Of a DNA stretch of 64,000 bases, positions 14,501 through 27,600 are shown in pieces. The stretch is taken from NCBI GenBank assembly GCA_963924565.1, contig OZ004615.1, positions 3,286,001 to 3,350,000 of the forward strand. The letters run 5' to 3'. The notes under the pieces were generated by a model that worked only from the letters and a program-made list of their open reading frames with translations, did no database searches and had not been told where the DNA came from. The translations under genes and the position numbers were made by a program. This DNA comes from Ascidiella aspersa (taxonomy: Eukaryota). Each line of letters begins with the position of its first letter. Positions within the stretch are counted from its first letter, which is position 1.

Positions 14501-14633
14501 TTTTAAAAAGTAGTGAAAGAGTTTGTCATTTTTATTTCCAGGTATCCTTTACACCCACAACTGTCCCGCAACTCTGGTCTTCAATCCAGATCTTAAAGTT
14601 TGCGACTATTCTTACAACGTGGCAGGGTGTTAG
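8584..14633 (+). CDS. Secreted chitin-binding protein with four CBM14/peritrophin-A (ChtBD2) domains, ~310 aa, 10 coding exons
   Basis: Exons 8584-8664, 9077-9122, 9207-9286, 9898-10030, 10502-10581, 10999-11113, 11381-11460, 12537-12669, 13628-13720 and 14542-14633 join in frame (933 nt including TAG). Signal peptide [20 protein letters not shown], then RQKR. Four 6-Cys repeats, e.g. [58 protein letters not shown], match the CBM14 pattern (FYxC..CxxGxxFNP...CDW). Confidence 0.92.
12750..13201. mobile_element. hAT-type MITE
   Basis: CAG(a/t)GGTT..AAAC terminal inverted ends; degenerate 8-bp TSD gtttatac/gtttgtat; related sequence near 1665-1720. Confidence 0.65.
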
Positions 14634-14660
14634 TGTTTTACTCTGTAGCGCTACTCATCT

Positions 14661-14961
14661 GTAAGTTATGATGTTTTATGACTAAACCTTTAATTTCGCA
14701 TAAATGTCAAAGGGTGCAATTTTAAAATCAATAGGACAAAACTACTAAGATTAAAGTAAGAAATTAATTTATAATAATTTTTTTACACGCATCTCAAAAG
14801 AGGCTGACATAAGCCTTTATAAAAGTTATAATATGCTCTTAAGCAAAATCTCTACCGAAATTAACTGCAGCAAAAACGTCACAATATCTTTTAACGTAAA
14901 GTTGGGAAAATTTATGTGACTTGACAAGTTGGGTTTATACGTTGATTACTTTTTCTTTCAG
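14661..14961 (+). other. Probable 3'UTR intron of the chitin-binding gene
   Basis: GTAAGT donor 27 nt after the stop codon; TTTTTCTTTCAG acceptor ending at 14961. Confidence 0.55.
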
Positions 14962-15309
14962 ACAATAATCATCAATGCAAATCCAATCACGCAATTACAT
15001 ATCACGCGCAATGATGTACATCAGGGGTCTTCATCAATCAACCTCTCACGTATACAACATGTATGGCTATACAATTAAACGGTATAGTTGTCCACTGACA
15101 GTATAGTCCAATTCATCACAGACTTTTGACTGCTTTTATACATATCCATACTTGTTTAAGACTGTCAACTCCGAAATTTAACATGCAGAATTACTCTAAC
15201 TTGTTTAAGCGTTCACTTTTAATATTAAACCACAGTGTATTAAGAGGTTATTAACTGTTCCCCACTGTAAAATCGTGCGATTACACTTATATACGCTTTC
15301 GCAATCTTT

Positions 15310-15315
15310 AATAAA
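15310..15315 (+). terminator. Candidate polyadenylation signal
   Basis: AATAAA followed ~20 nt later by a GT-rich tract (tgttgtgtg), at the end of the putative last exon. Confidence 0.5.
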
Positions 15316-18300
15316 GCATACAATCAATGAAACATGTTGTGTGATGTAATACGTAGCAATGCGTCACTTAGATGGTGTCAGAAAGACCGTACAGATGCCG
15401 CAACTGTTAGCAATCTTCAACATTAAAGCGCATTATTAGACCCACTTAACGCTTTTAATCTTGTGCATTTCATTGGTTTGAAACTAAAAGAAAGTACATC
15501 AAAATTAAAGGTAAAAGTACTACCAAAAGGTGTCACTTTCATATCATGGATTATTATAAATTACACATTAATTGTTTATCTTAATATTGCAAAATCATAA
15601 ACACGCATACTGAAATGTTTTTGACGAAATTTTAAAAACTTTATAACTGCTAGCGGTGCTAAAGAGCAAACTAACATACGGTGCTCTTTAAAAAATAAAA
15701 ACGAAACAGTAAGTGTGTTTTCCAAGACTCTATTACGTCGAGTTCTTGTTAAGCAGTTTTAAGGCAACCGGTCAAACAAACTTATTTAGTGCTTTCTATA
15801 GTTTTCACAACCGTTGTGCAACTTAAAAAAAAATTCCCCATAGTTTTGATAGTGTTTTGCAAGTTACGATGCAAGTCACAGTTTGTTTGGAAAAATTGTA
15901 CAACAAAAGTAAAAAAACTGCGATGATCAAATTTCTGCAACGTAACAAACAAACTAACTAACGATTTAAAAACACGGGTAGAAACGTTTTTGTTATTCTT
16001 ATGGGTAAAACCTTTTTTGTTTTATCGTGCGGCATGTGTGTTGTTTCGATTTTAATTCTTCTGCGCTTTTAGCCAAAAAACAACGTTTTTTATCACTGGT
16101 CAATTTGACAAAGGTATGCTAGATTCTATTATGCTTTCACGGAATAAGAGTATTTAAATTTTATTATTTTGTTAACGGTTTATGATATTTTAAGTCTTCG
16201 CCTTGGGCTCACTCAAGTAATCCAATTTAATTTGTTTGACATCACGTTGTTTGTTTGTGCAAACATTTTGGCCGACAGTTTTCTCCCATTGTGTTTTTTA
16301 ATGTTGCAAATATGCTCTGAACATTGATACGACTGCTGAATACCAAAACAATAACAAAAACCCGGCCAGTTTGAGTGGAAATCTTTTACATTTTTTTAGA
16401 TTGTAGACTCTTCTTACATATACGAAAAAATTATCTAACTATTGTATGAAATCCACTTAGCCAGTGCTTTTCAACTTTTTGTTGTTCGCGACACACTATT
16501 TTTACCAGTTATAATTCAAATTGTTGTATAGTTATTACATTAAGACAATGTAAGAATGTATCGATCGAATAGAAAACTATAACATAATAAAATGCCTCGC
16601 TGCTTGTTGAAATAACGTTAAGACACGCTAATCGGTACCGAAGCTGTCCTTCCCAAACATCAGTTACAACCATCAGTTTTTACAAAAATACAAATTTTGC
16701 GGTATGTAAGTTTTCGTTTAATCTGTAACGCTTTCAATTCAGCAGTTTCAAGCGTTTAAAATCTTAAAAGGTTAATGAATTGCGAGCCACAAAAACTGTA
16801 ATTCCTTCAGACACTTAACACCTTCCTAAACAAGCACCCGTGACCAGTAAAGTGTCTACACTGCGTTGTAGGTTACTTGACAAATACTGCCGTAGACGTA
16901 TTACAATATTCCTACACTGTTCTCGAATTTGTCCTAAGAGTCAAAGTTAGTGATTCATGACTTGTGTGCGTTAAGAGATTCTCAAGGAATGCACAGAACC
17001 CTTTTTTGTAGAAAAAAATATTCGTATTAGATTAACGTATAGGCAAGAAAACCGATAATATTCATATTTACCTATTGTCTTGCAGTCTAGTTAGGGTAAT
17101 TTTCAGGTTTTCAAAACACTGTTTTGCAGAAAGCTTGTCGCGATTTATTTTTTGATTTTCCGTTTGTGCTGCAAGCCAAAGGTTGACACTGGAATACGTA
17201 AATATATAAGTAACAAGATTTTTTTAATCAATTTGTTGTATTATACAAATACTTGACACATTAACCCAAATTAAATAACAGCATTTGAGAGGGAAACATT
17301 CGCAAACAACGCAAAGTATTCATAGGTTTAAAAAGCAGACAAAGCACTCGAATATGTAGGGCCTTTTGAAAGACTCCTGCAGTAAGACCAAATTAGAATA
17401 ATATCATCGTCAAAATAAAACACATATCGGTATGAACCAAATAAGGACTAGCCGTAATAACGTCTAAATTAGAACTTGACCTTATGCTTTCTGAATAAGT
17501 CCAAAAAAGCCAGAATAAGACCGGGACAACTTTTCTTTTACATTCCTAACTTCAATACAAACTCCACTAATAATTTCAACCCTAACCCAATTGATAACCC
17601 GAACCATTGCTGCAAACAAGACCAAGCCGTTCAAACTACGGCGCCAAAAGTCGGTGTAAAAACGGCTGATTGCTGAACTGAGGCGCCCAATCTTTCCAAC
17701 CCCTCTTCCTATACAGTTTTAGGTGCTGTTTTTTTCCACTTAGTTCTTATTCCGATGAGTTTAGGACTTATTCCAACAAGTTGGTCTTGTTTCCATGACA
17801 ATTTAAGAAGTTTGTCATTTACTTAGTTAAAATAGGCAAAATACAGTTTTGGGGGGCATGGCCACGCGTATCATGCTTTTAAGTGTTTTAGGGTTTCAAA
17901 CGATTTACCACACAAACACCGTAAAAATCTGCCCTTTGTTGTATTCCTCTTACCTACACAACAATGCCTTCACACGACCCACCGGAATAAAGCTCTCGAG
18001 TTGTAGCACCAAACAGAGAAAAAGAACCTTAACCAGGTCAACCAGCGATCGTCGGTCTGTTTTGTAAGTTTGATTTCTTGGTCTCCAAAGCTTCGAAAAA
18101 ACAACAACAGCGCAGAAAATACTCGAGACTGCATGATTAGTAAGTCACTCGGTCAGTCAGGTGCGTGTATCGACGGTGCGGGTGGAAATACGGCAAATCG
18201 GTTGCGTGACGTGTTATTATTTGTCCCCCGAATTTTGTAAGGCGGTCGGCTTAGTGACGACATAGCGAAAGCGAAGAGTGCTGAGTAAGGCTTTTGTGGC

Positions 18301-20144
18301 AAGAGAAAGGACGCACTGTCTATTAAGGTTTCGAACAGCAAGCTGTTGTTTGGCGCTGCAGCCGGTGTGAGTCAGGGGTTGTTGTTTATTATTCAGGAAA
18401 AATAAGGGGTCAAAAACACTAGCGTTCGCAAATTCAGCTGAGATAATGCTAAGTTGATGTTGCGTCTATTCGAATACACGTTTTATGTTAAAAATGCTTA
18501 AAGAGTTATTCGAAACGTTTAAAATGCTGCCTACTTTTGTATGGGCTTGGATATTTATTCTACGTCTAACTACAACCCCCAGCCATTATCTTAATATTTA
18601 TTCAATACGTTCACATAATGCTATCTACTGCTGTGTGGGCTTTGATATTGTTACTTCGTCACATGTGTTAGTATTTTCGGTTGTTTATGCCAAGTTCATC
18701 GGTTAAGATGTCTTAGTCTTTTCTAAATGTAAGATTAAATTCATATCAAAATTGATGTAGATTCGTTTAAAACTTTTGCCAGTTCGAACGAACAGTTTAG
18801 GCAAGTTTGAGTTAAACAATTTCATGTAACCTTTACAGACGAGCGCATTCAAGGCCCACTCGCCCGGCGCCAATTTCCTGCCTTAGAAAAAAGGCGAGAC
18901 CTTGCACAGCATGAACAGACACTTTCAATGCGGCTCTTTCTTGAATACGTGGATGCAACGCGTCTAGTCTGGCGGCAATCGTTTCCTTGCATTCAGTTTG
19001 AAGACGGCGCTCTTAAAAGGATTAAAACCGAAGGCCAAATTCACTTCCTCGTAATTCGTCACTAAACCTTTCCTTTCAAGGCCCTTTTTTGCGTTTTTTG
19101 TCATAACAGGCAATGTTGGCCTGTTGCTTTTAATATCGATTCAGAAACGCTTTACACATTGTGACGTCACCCAATGTCGCCTCGTGACGTCATATCAAAT
19201 TCGCAAACCTAAAAAACTCGCGACGAATTGCCCTAAGTGGATCTATCTTGTCGCCTTGTCTAGGGTTTGCTTTTGCGGTGATAAACAAACCAAGGATAAG
19301 AGGTACACAAACATAGCACACCCCTTCGTTAACGGCAAAGTCAAATTTGCAAACTACAGGTTTCACTCAAAGCAAACGAACGATAAAACCTACTTGAAAA
19401 ACCAACCACCAATCCTCAACTCATGTACACAATAGTTTTCTCTTTTGACGATTCTCGTATGTCATCACAGTGTTAAATGTTTGTAAAGCAAAGGCATAGA
19501 GGCTAGTATATATAGGTATATATTAAACAGGCTTTTGTTTTTCCAGAGATGCACTGCAGCATTACAGCCAAAGTTGCAAAGTTTGAAAGGTATTTGAGAT
19601 TTTTTTTTAAATTAGGAGAGATAAAAATTAACGAATTTGCGATTTTTAAAACTCAATTTGGCGATTAGTGTTAAAGTAGTCTTAACTTAGTGATGTGATG
19701 TTGGAAATATTGGGCTGGCTATATAATCTTGTTGGAAGAGTGACAAAATCGATAAAAGCAAAAATCAAACCTTTGAACAAATTAAATTCTAGTTAAAATT
19801 GTTCAAAAATCAGCTACAATTTGCCGCACCATATAATAAATATCAGTGCACTGCTTTAATTAGAGGCACAATAGAATCTATCAAAGTCGATTATATGTTG
19901 ACATGAATTGTCTTGTTTTTCGAGTCTGGCTGTGTGCCCTGATATGCGCGTTGCTGAGTCTGCACACCGCACAGCGTACGCCTTGTTTTTGCATGCCTTG
20001 CACGACTGCACGTGTTGTTACAAGTTTGCACACCGTCTGAACTGCCACGACGGCTGGCCCGCAGTTAAGTAGGCCCCCTACGAAGTAGGGCCGTTTTATT
20101 TTGCACGCAAAAACTTGGGGCTTTTCCTTTGTAAAATCTGATTA

Positions 20145-20440
20145 CCAATGAAAAATCGGTCAAATTTACACTGAAAAATCCGTCAAAATACCACTAAAAA
20201 TCGGCCAAGTTTGCAATGAAAAATTCCAACAAAAAACAACTGAAATTCGGTCAAATTAGCACTAAAAATCCAACGAATGTGCACTAAAATATCCGTCAAA
20301 ATACCACTAAAAATCGCTCAAATTTGCAATGAAAAATCCGTTAAAATACAACTTAAAAATCCGTCAAATTAGCACAAAAAATCCGTCAAAATTCCACTTA
20401 CCAATTGGTCAAAATACCACGGAACAATTGGTCAAAACAA
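20145..20440. repeat. ~22-bp minisatellite (aaaaatccgtcaaatt...act)
   Basis: About a dozen degenerate tandem units. Confidence 0.85.
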
Positions 20441-21544
20441 ATCGGTAAGATATTAGATAGACGCAGGATTTACCCAAAATATATTTCATTCGCCGTTGAA
20501 GTAATATCACATAAAAGAAAGGTAATCTGTTCTTAAAGATTTTACCGTGTCCATTAGGGAAAACAGATTGGGCCATTCTTGACAGCACTAAAACATATCG
20601 AAATAAAATCGGTAAGTCATTGGTAAAGTAGGGTGGACAAGAGAGTAATCTTGTCTTAAGGTGTTAAAAAATACCATCGCTCGATTTAAAACTCGTAACA
20701 GGATAGTCAGGATAGTCACAAAGTAGTTACATTATATAAGCAGAATCGCAGCATAAATGTGGCCTCTATTTAAAGCTGTCAAAAAGAAGCCCTAACACGG
20801 CTCGTTCCGGCCTTGTTCACCTGTGCAACGATGCAAATGATTTGAGAAAAAAACGAAGCTGTCTAAGCACCCCGCAAAACCACCTGCTTTAAAGTAGGGC
20901 GCCGGTAACCCGCTGTTTCAGACACCGAGGGTTATTGCTCGAAGCACTTTGGGTCGCGTGTTAAAAAAGGCTTAGGCATAAGTGTTTTTATGTTGCTGTC
21001 AAAAGAGATTTTCGAAGGATGGTTTGGTTTCAAATTTTTAAGAATAAACCGTCCTTATTTCTAGGATTTGTCTTTGTCTTCCAGAACTTCACTTTGAAAT
21101 TATAGTTCTTATTTGTAAGAAATGTGACACAAGTCCTTATTTTGCAGGATTGTTCACAAACTATTGTAAATGCAAACCTGTCTATACCATCCTAAATTTC
21201 AATAGATTTTACGATGAGAATTATATTTATTTTATTTTATTGTGGTAAACTGATAATTTCGCTACTAAATCGGTGTTTCGCATAACAATAGAGTTAACTT
21301 GCTAAAATACGACAAAACGGAGACAAAAATTTTAGCTAGGATTATATGTTTGGAGAAAACGTGAAAATAACTTTATTTTTCTGTTCTTTGGTAGGTTTAA
21401 CTAAACTGATTCATCCGGTAATTAAAAACCTTTCGTTTTACTTTTGCTAACGACACGTGTCACCGAGGAATCGCCACGGCAGATTGAGAGTTCAGACGAC
21501 CTTGCCAGAGCGTTTGCCGACTATAGGCTCGCAAAACTGAAAAC

Positions 21545-21605
21545 ATGGGCGTTCTTACGCTTTTGCTCGTTGCGTCTGCTGCATCGATGGCTGCCAGCAT
21601 GCCAG
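21545..21605 (+). CDS. FN: Fibronectin coding exon 1: signal peptide
   Basis: aaacATGG start; MGVLTLLLVASAASMAASMP; CAG|GTAAGT donor, phase 1. Confidence 0.85.
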
Positions 21606-24600
21606 GTAAGTCTAATTGGTCCCGGTATTTCAGGTCTGCTAATATACTAGGAATCTCAACATATATTTTAACATGAGCATCGCAACTGCTGGCGATTATA
21701 ACGATTTTGGATGAAATGCCCAGAAAACCAAGACGACAATTAGTATTACTGTAATGTTTGCTCTAAGTATAACTTTTAGGAATTTTCAATCGAGGGCTGG
21801 ATATAAAACTACGCGTTAAACTTTTACATGATTGAGAAGTAAACATCATTGAACTAAAACATATAGTAACCTCTGTAAAACTGTCATGATAGTTTAAGGT
21901 TTATCACATATGTAATTATCCGGCAAATATTTTTTATTAAATGTACCGACACTTTGATAACCTTTTCAGAAAATTTTCATCAGGGCTATGATATTGCAAA
22001 CTGGAAAAGCATATATAGCAGTCAAACAATAAAGAACACAATGGAATACGTTTAAACATCGTCACATTTAATAAAAAAAGTATCTGTCAAGGGAACAATT
22101 TTACAATTGATACAATGCCTGGCAGCAACAGTATATTCATTTAACTTATATTTGCATTCGACAACATTTTTCACATCTGAGATTTAGTTTGGTGATTTCT
22201 GACTGACAATGTCAATAAAACGACCATAATGATTGCTCTCGCTTTGTGTTCAAGGCATGATGCCGTACAGGTCGTACCACTGCGTTGACAAGCAAGGAAT
22301 CCAGCATCCCATCAACTCGCATTTTACCCGGGCCGACGGCTGGAAGTGCCGTTGCGAGTTGGATGGGACGGTTACTCGACTCTCCTGCCAGTCGCCGCTT
22401 CTCACAAACTACCCAACGCGCAACAGAAACATGGGCTACGGTGACACCTCGCGTCTCGCCTACAACCAGCGCATACAGCCTTTAGGTTTGTGCCACAAGT
22501 TTTTTTTTGTTTTTTTATACTGTATAGCAGTTTGGTTTTCAACATATCTGTCACACTGCATTAGGTTTCTATCGCTTGTTTCTGTTACAAATTTTCACCG
22601 AGTTTGTTTTGATTATATTGTTTTAGCTTTTATCACACAACGTTTTAATTGTAGGCTTCTAAGTTTTTGGAATATATTAAAGAATATATTTAAGAGGGAT
22701 ATTAAATCGCAATGTTTTATCTTTTTGGGAACTCATTACAACTTTTGCCTAATTTACAGACGTTTAAGCCTTAGGGTTTGTTTTGTACGATTTTTAACAC
22801 ATTTTTAAAGGTTGGTGTTAGAAGGTTTATTTTCATAAGTTGTTATCATCGAATTTAGGTTGTTATGACCTATATTTATGTTTATACCTATATATGTACC
22901 TATATTTATGTTTATGACACTTGCATATAGGTATTTCATATTTGCTAGAAGTTTATTTTGAGTTTTATCATTTTAGGTTTGTCTCAAAACTTTCTGTATA
23001 AAGAACTACAAAAATGATTTTAACACCTGATTAACACAAAATAGGTTAAACAAAAGTTGTTTCTTACCTGAACATAGTCTGTCATGTGAAAATAAATTCT
23101 TTTTAGCCGTGTGTGTGGCGAACGGTCAGGAATATGCAGTTGGACAAACTTGGATGATGAATGGCATGTCTTGTGTTTGCAACGAAAATTCGTACTACAG
23201 ATGCAAAAGTGGACTCCTGCCAGTAAGTTAACAATCTGTGTTATCAGATATTTAATTAACCTAAAGAAATGAACATTTTACTTACCAGTCCGAAAACAGA
23301 ATAGACTTTTCCGTGTACAATAGATTTCTTCGTGTTTGTCACAGACAGTTAATTTGCTTTAAAATTCCGACACAACAATGTAACCTAAAAACAGCAGATT
23401 TAGTATTTAATTTAGCAAAAATCTAGGAAAAAAGACTGCTTTACAAAGACATTCCCGCGTGATTTCAGTACTGTGACGTAACAATGTTGCTCAGCCCAAG
23501 TAAAAACAGCCAGTAAAGAAAAAAACTGTTGTTTATTAGGGTTTTTACTTAGGCTAATCGGGTTTTGCAAAGTAAACCATCTTTGAAGTTAAATCTGGGT
23601 TATTTGCGCATTGTTGCAAAACTGCTTTAAGAAAGGACTTAACAGTTACTGGTGTCTGCTCTGCTTTTAATTAGGTAAACACCAGTTCGGATTTTATAGT
23701 TAGCCGCTACCTAAATTTGCTAAAATAAACAGGTTTAGATTTGTAAATCCCATGGCTATTTAAACCAACACAGCAAATTCGTTTAAATATTTGCCGTCTT
23801 GGCAAAACTTGTTTAATATTGCTTAAAGTTCCATGTTTAAATTTTAAAACTAATTGTATCGTTTGTTGTTCAGGGTCAAAAACACCGTGCAGGTCATTAG
23901 TAAGCAAATATTCTTCGGAATTTAGCGTACACTTGCTGAAAGCTGTTTCAAATACCTATATTATTATGGAAGGCTTCGTATTCATGCAATGTTGTTCAAA
24001 CTTAGGCTGGCTACAATCCCAGCCTTGTACAGCGTACCATAGACCCGGCAGATGACAGGTGCAGGAGCAGGGCTTTTCGGAACACGGAGAGATTCGCAGT
24101 CCAACAGCCCGGCGGATTCTTCTCTATTTGCTCTTGTGTGGGCACCGTTGCCAACTGCGAAGGTATGCTGTCGTATAGGGTTAGTTAAATAATAAGGCGC
24201 TTATCAATTAATGAAAATTTAGAAGTGCAAAATGCAATGCGGTTATATCAGTGTTTGTTTCAACCTTCGCGACCTAAAGATGGGTTGTTTGATTTGGTTG
24301 GTTCGCCGACTGTAGTAGTTCACATGGGTAGATTTATTGAGATTGGTTCTAATCAACATGGCCTCAAAATTTGGGATAATTGCCGAAGCAATGTTTGCGT
24401 TTTCTTCACAGTAATTTGGCACAACTTTGAATTGTTAGCCATCAATTGAAATGTAATGCCTTAATGGTAACGCTGATTTCTTGTAAGCTATCCAGCGCTT
24501 GTATTGAGTGTAAACACTACAGAATATATGCCAATAAAAGGGTATTTATTTTTTTATATAACATGTTGCTACTAGGCATAATATATATTCTTAGTGACAA

Positions 24601-27600
24601 TATAGACCAAATTTTAAGCTATACTCAACAACGAATTTCTGAGGCGTATTTTTGCGCCAAAATAACATAAAACGTTATCGCGAATGAAACAAAAAAAAAC
24701 GTCGTTTTAAAACATCCCCCCTATCCCCTGTGTTGCCTGCAGTGCCAACCACTTCAAGTGATATGTGCCAGTTTCCGTTTTTGTACAACGGCGAGGTCTT
24801 CTCGACCTGCACAAGTCAGCAGGTGGGTCAAGCACCAATCTGCGTAACCAGCCCGGCGTCGGCGGCAAGGCAGACCATTTCAAGCTGCATCACCAACATA
24901 CAGGGTAAGACTAGACGCCGTTACGCCTGTAATTGGGGTTTGTCGGATGGGTTAATAGGGGGACGGGGTTCGAAGAGTGTTTGCAACCATGCACAGCGCT
25001 TTTTGCTGCTAATTGCCTTTCGCGTTGATAGTTGAGAGGGATTTACAGTGAGTTTTAGCGGGTTGACAAATTTGAAGTGTGATTGCACACTGATTTGCAT
25101 AATACGCCACGAATTACTTTGTGGAAATATACATTAAAAAACATTTCACGTAGAACGAGCATCTAACATATTTTGAACGTTTGGAATAATAATTTTCAAC
25201 ACGCATTTGTGAAAATGAATATAATGATCATGCTGAAAATGAATAAAGTATTATTCGAAACGTTAAAAATATGCTACCTACTTGAGTATGGGCTTTGATA
25301 TTCGGTATACGTCTAACTACAACCTCGATCTATTTAGCTCCAAAAACATTTTAGTTAATTACTTGAGTACACCTAAAAATCGCAACTTATAGTAACAATA
25401 TGGTATAGGTCAGGTCACGGATTATTATAAAATCCAATAGCTATGCTTTTTAGTCGGATGTATTAGGTAAAAACGTAATTCAGGCGAATTTCGTACACCC
25501 GCATTTTGCCGGCACCTATCATGAATTGCGCTTTTTGTATAGAATTAGAATTGCCCCCCGACCGATAAAAAGGTTGTGGCAACGTAATCGACATCATGCC
25601 TGCGTGTAGCGCTCCTTACGTCGACTGTAGGGTCCTGGCGTGCTCGCCAATTTGTTGCGCCAAAAATGCTGGATCCTCTACTTAATGGCCTGTCGGTTGC
25701 CTGAACGCTACACGAGGCTGATAATATAATTGTTATAAATGCAGTCTAAATACATGCTAATGCGAAAGGCGTAAAACGATATGCGGCCATAGACACAAAG
25801 AGGGCTTGAACATTTAATTGCAATTTCAAATCGGTCTCCCAGCCTGCCCAAACCTGATTGCCAACTGAAACACAATCTTTACCAAAAGTCTGGGTGATGA
25901 GAAAAAGGTGTGAGTGCAGAAGGTGACCAATGATAAAAAGGTGCCAGTGTAAAGCGTGGAAAGATAAGAAATAAAACTTCCGTGTAACAGAATTACTCCG
26001 TGACAGACGCATATTAATATTTTTTTGTAAAAAATAGTGGTTTTCAAGTAAGATTCCCGATATTTATGTTCTTAGTTTACTGAAACGTATATTTATTGTT
26101 CATAGAGAAGCCTGTTTTCGCCAAAATCAGTATTTTAATAAAATTAGTCTTTATTATATTTTTTCTTTTTTACATAAGGGCGGCTTAAAATATAATTTTG
26201 GATAAAAAAATATTCGTACGGCTTTGAAAAAAAGTTTTTTTCTCGCAGACCTGGACAGATACTACGGCTTCGTTTTCACCCACGGGGGTAACGCCAATGG
26301 GGCTAAATGTCACTTTCCCTTCACCCTTGGTGGACAGCAGCACTACAGCTGCGTAACGGAACTGAACAGACCAAGCTGGTGCGCTACTACGGCGAACTAC
26401 GACGTGGATGGAAGATACGGATACTGCCGCGGTAAGTTATTGAGAATTATTAGAAGCTGTGAAAAGAGCAGAGGTCGTGATTAGAGATACCCGGTACGTC
26501 TTTCACTCCGATGGCAATACTCAACAGCAGTCTTTTAAAACGAAAATTTCAATTTCCAAACGCACCGTACGCGATTTTTTCGAGCTCTTTGTGTACTGGG
26601 TGTTTCAATATTTATGTTGCGATGTTTTGATAAATATTTCATTTCGATTCACCTTTACCCCTTAAATATTCAACCTTTGAGTCCTATAGTTGCAATGTTT
26701 TTTTCCTTTTGTAATTTTAAGTGTAATCCTTCCAGAAAATTATGTATTTTTTTTAGTAATGACTTTCTTCTATTTCTAAACCTGCCCTAAAACACACAGT
26801 CTTGCTAATTTGGCAGTCTTGCGCAAAACTCCCCTAAACTCCCAATAACTCTCATACTTTTGCTCCCCATTTCTCCATTCAAGTTGGATGTGTTTTGATG
26901 AATGTCCCATTTTGATTTACCCTTTATCCCTTAAATGTTTAACCTTTTAGTTTGCGTAGTTCCATTATATTTTTCCATTTGTAATTCTAGCATAGTTCAA
27001 CCAGAAAAACGAATTAAATGCAACGCAACAAACTTGCATTATACAGCTTCCCCTAAAACATTGTAGCACTGTCAATTTTGCAGCCTTGCGCCAAAATCCC
27101 TCCCAAACTCCCACTCTCACTTTTTCGCTGCTCATTGCTCCTCTTGCTCCGTGCAGCTCGTCGCAGTTCTGGCACCGTGTTCAACAGACTGGGCGAAAAC
27201 GTCACGCTCGAGTGCCGATACGATGACGTACGGGGAGAGACGCCGAACATCAAGTGGTACAAGCTGACCGGCGACCATCGCCAGCACATCTACACCTATA
27301 ACGGCGCCACACAGTCCGGAGAACCCGTGAGTGTTAAACTGTTATCCCAGTGGTTCTCAACAATTTTCCTCCCGTTGATCATAAAACTCAATTTCGCCAT
27401 AAGAAAATCAGCACTTGTGAATTTGTCAATATACGAAGATACTCTTAAAAACCTTAAGTTCTTGCGTACTAAATTATTAGTAATTTACTTAAATCTCTTT
27501 AAAATCTATTAGTTTAAGCTCTTGCGTACCAACTTTCTGGGAATCACCTTAAAAAATAACTCCTAATTACGGACCCCCGTGAGTTTTTAACTGTTAGCCT

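Noticed and set aside
18839-19065. ~74-codon open frame after a cag acceptor
   Set aside because: No domain similarity or linked exons; better explained as GC-rich regulatory DNA.
20145-20440. CRISPR-like array
   Set aside because: Contiguous degenerate units with no unique spacers, in eukaryotic DNA; a minisatellite.
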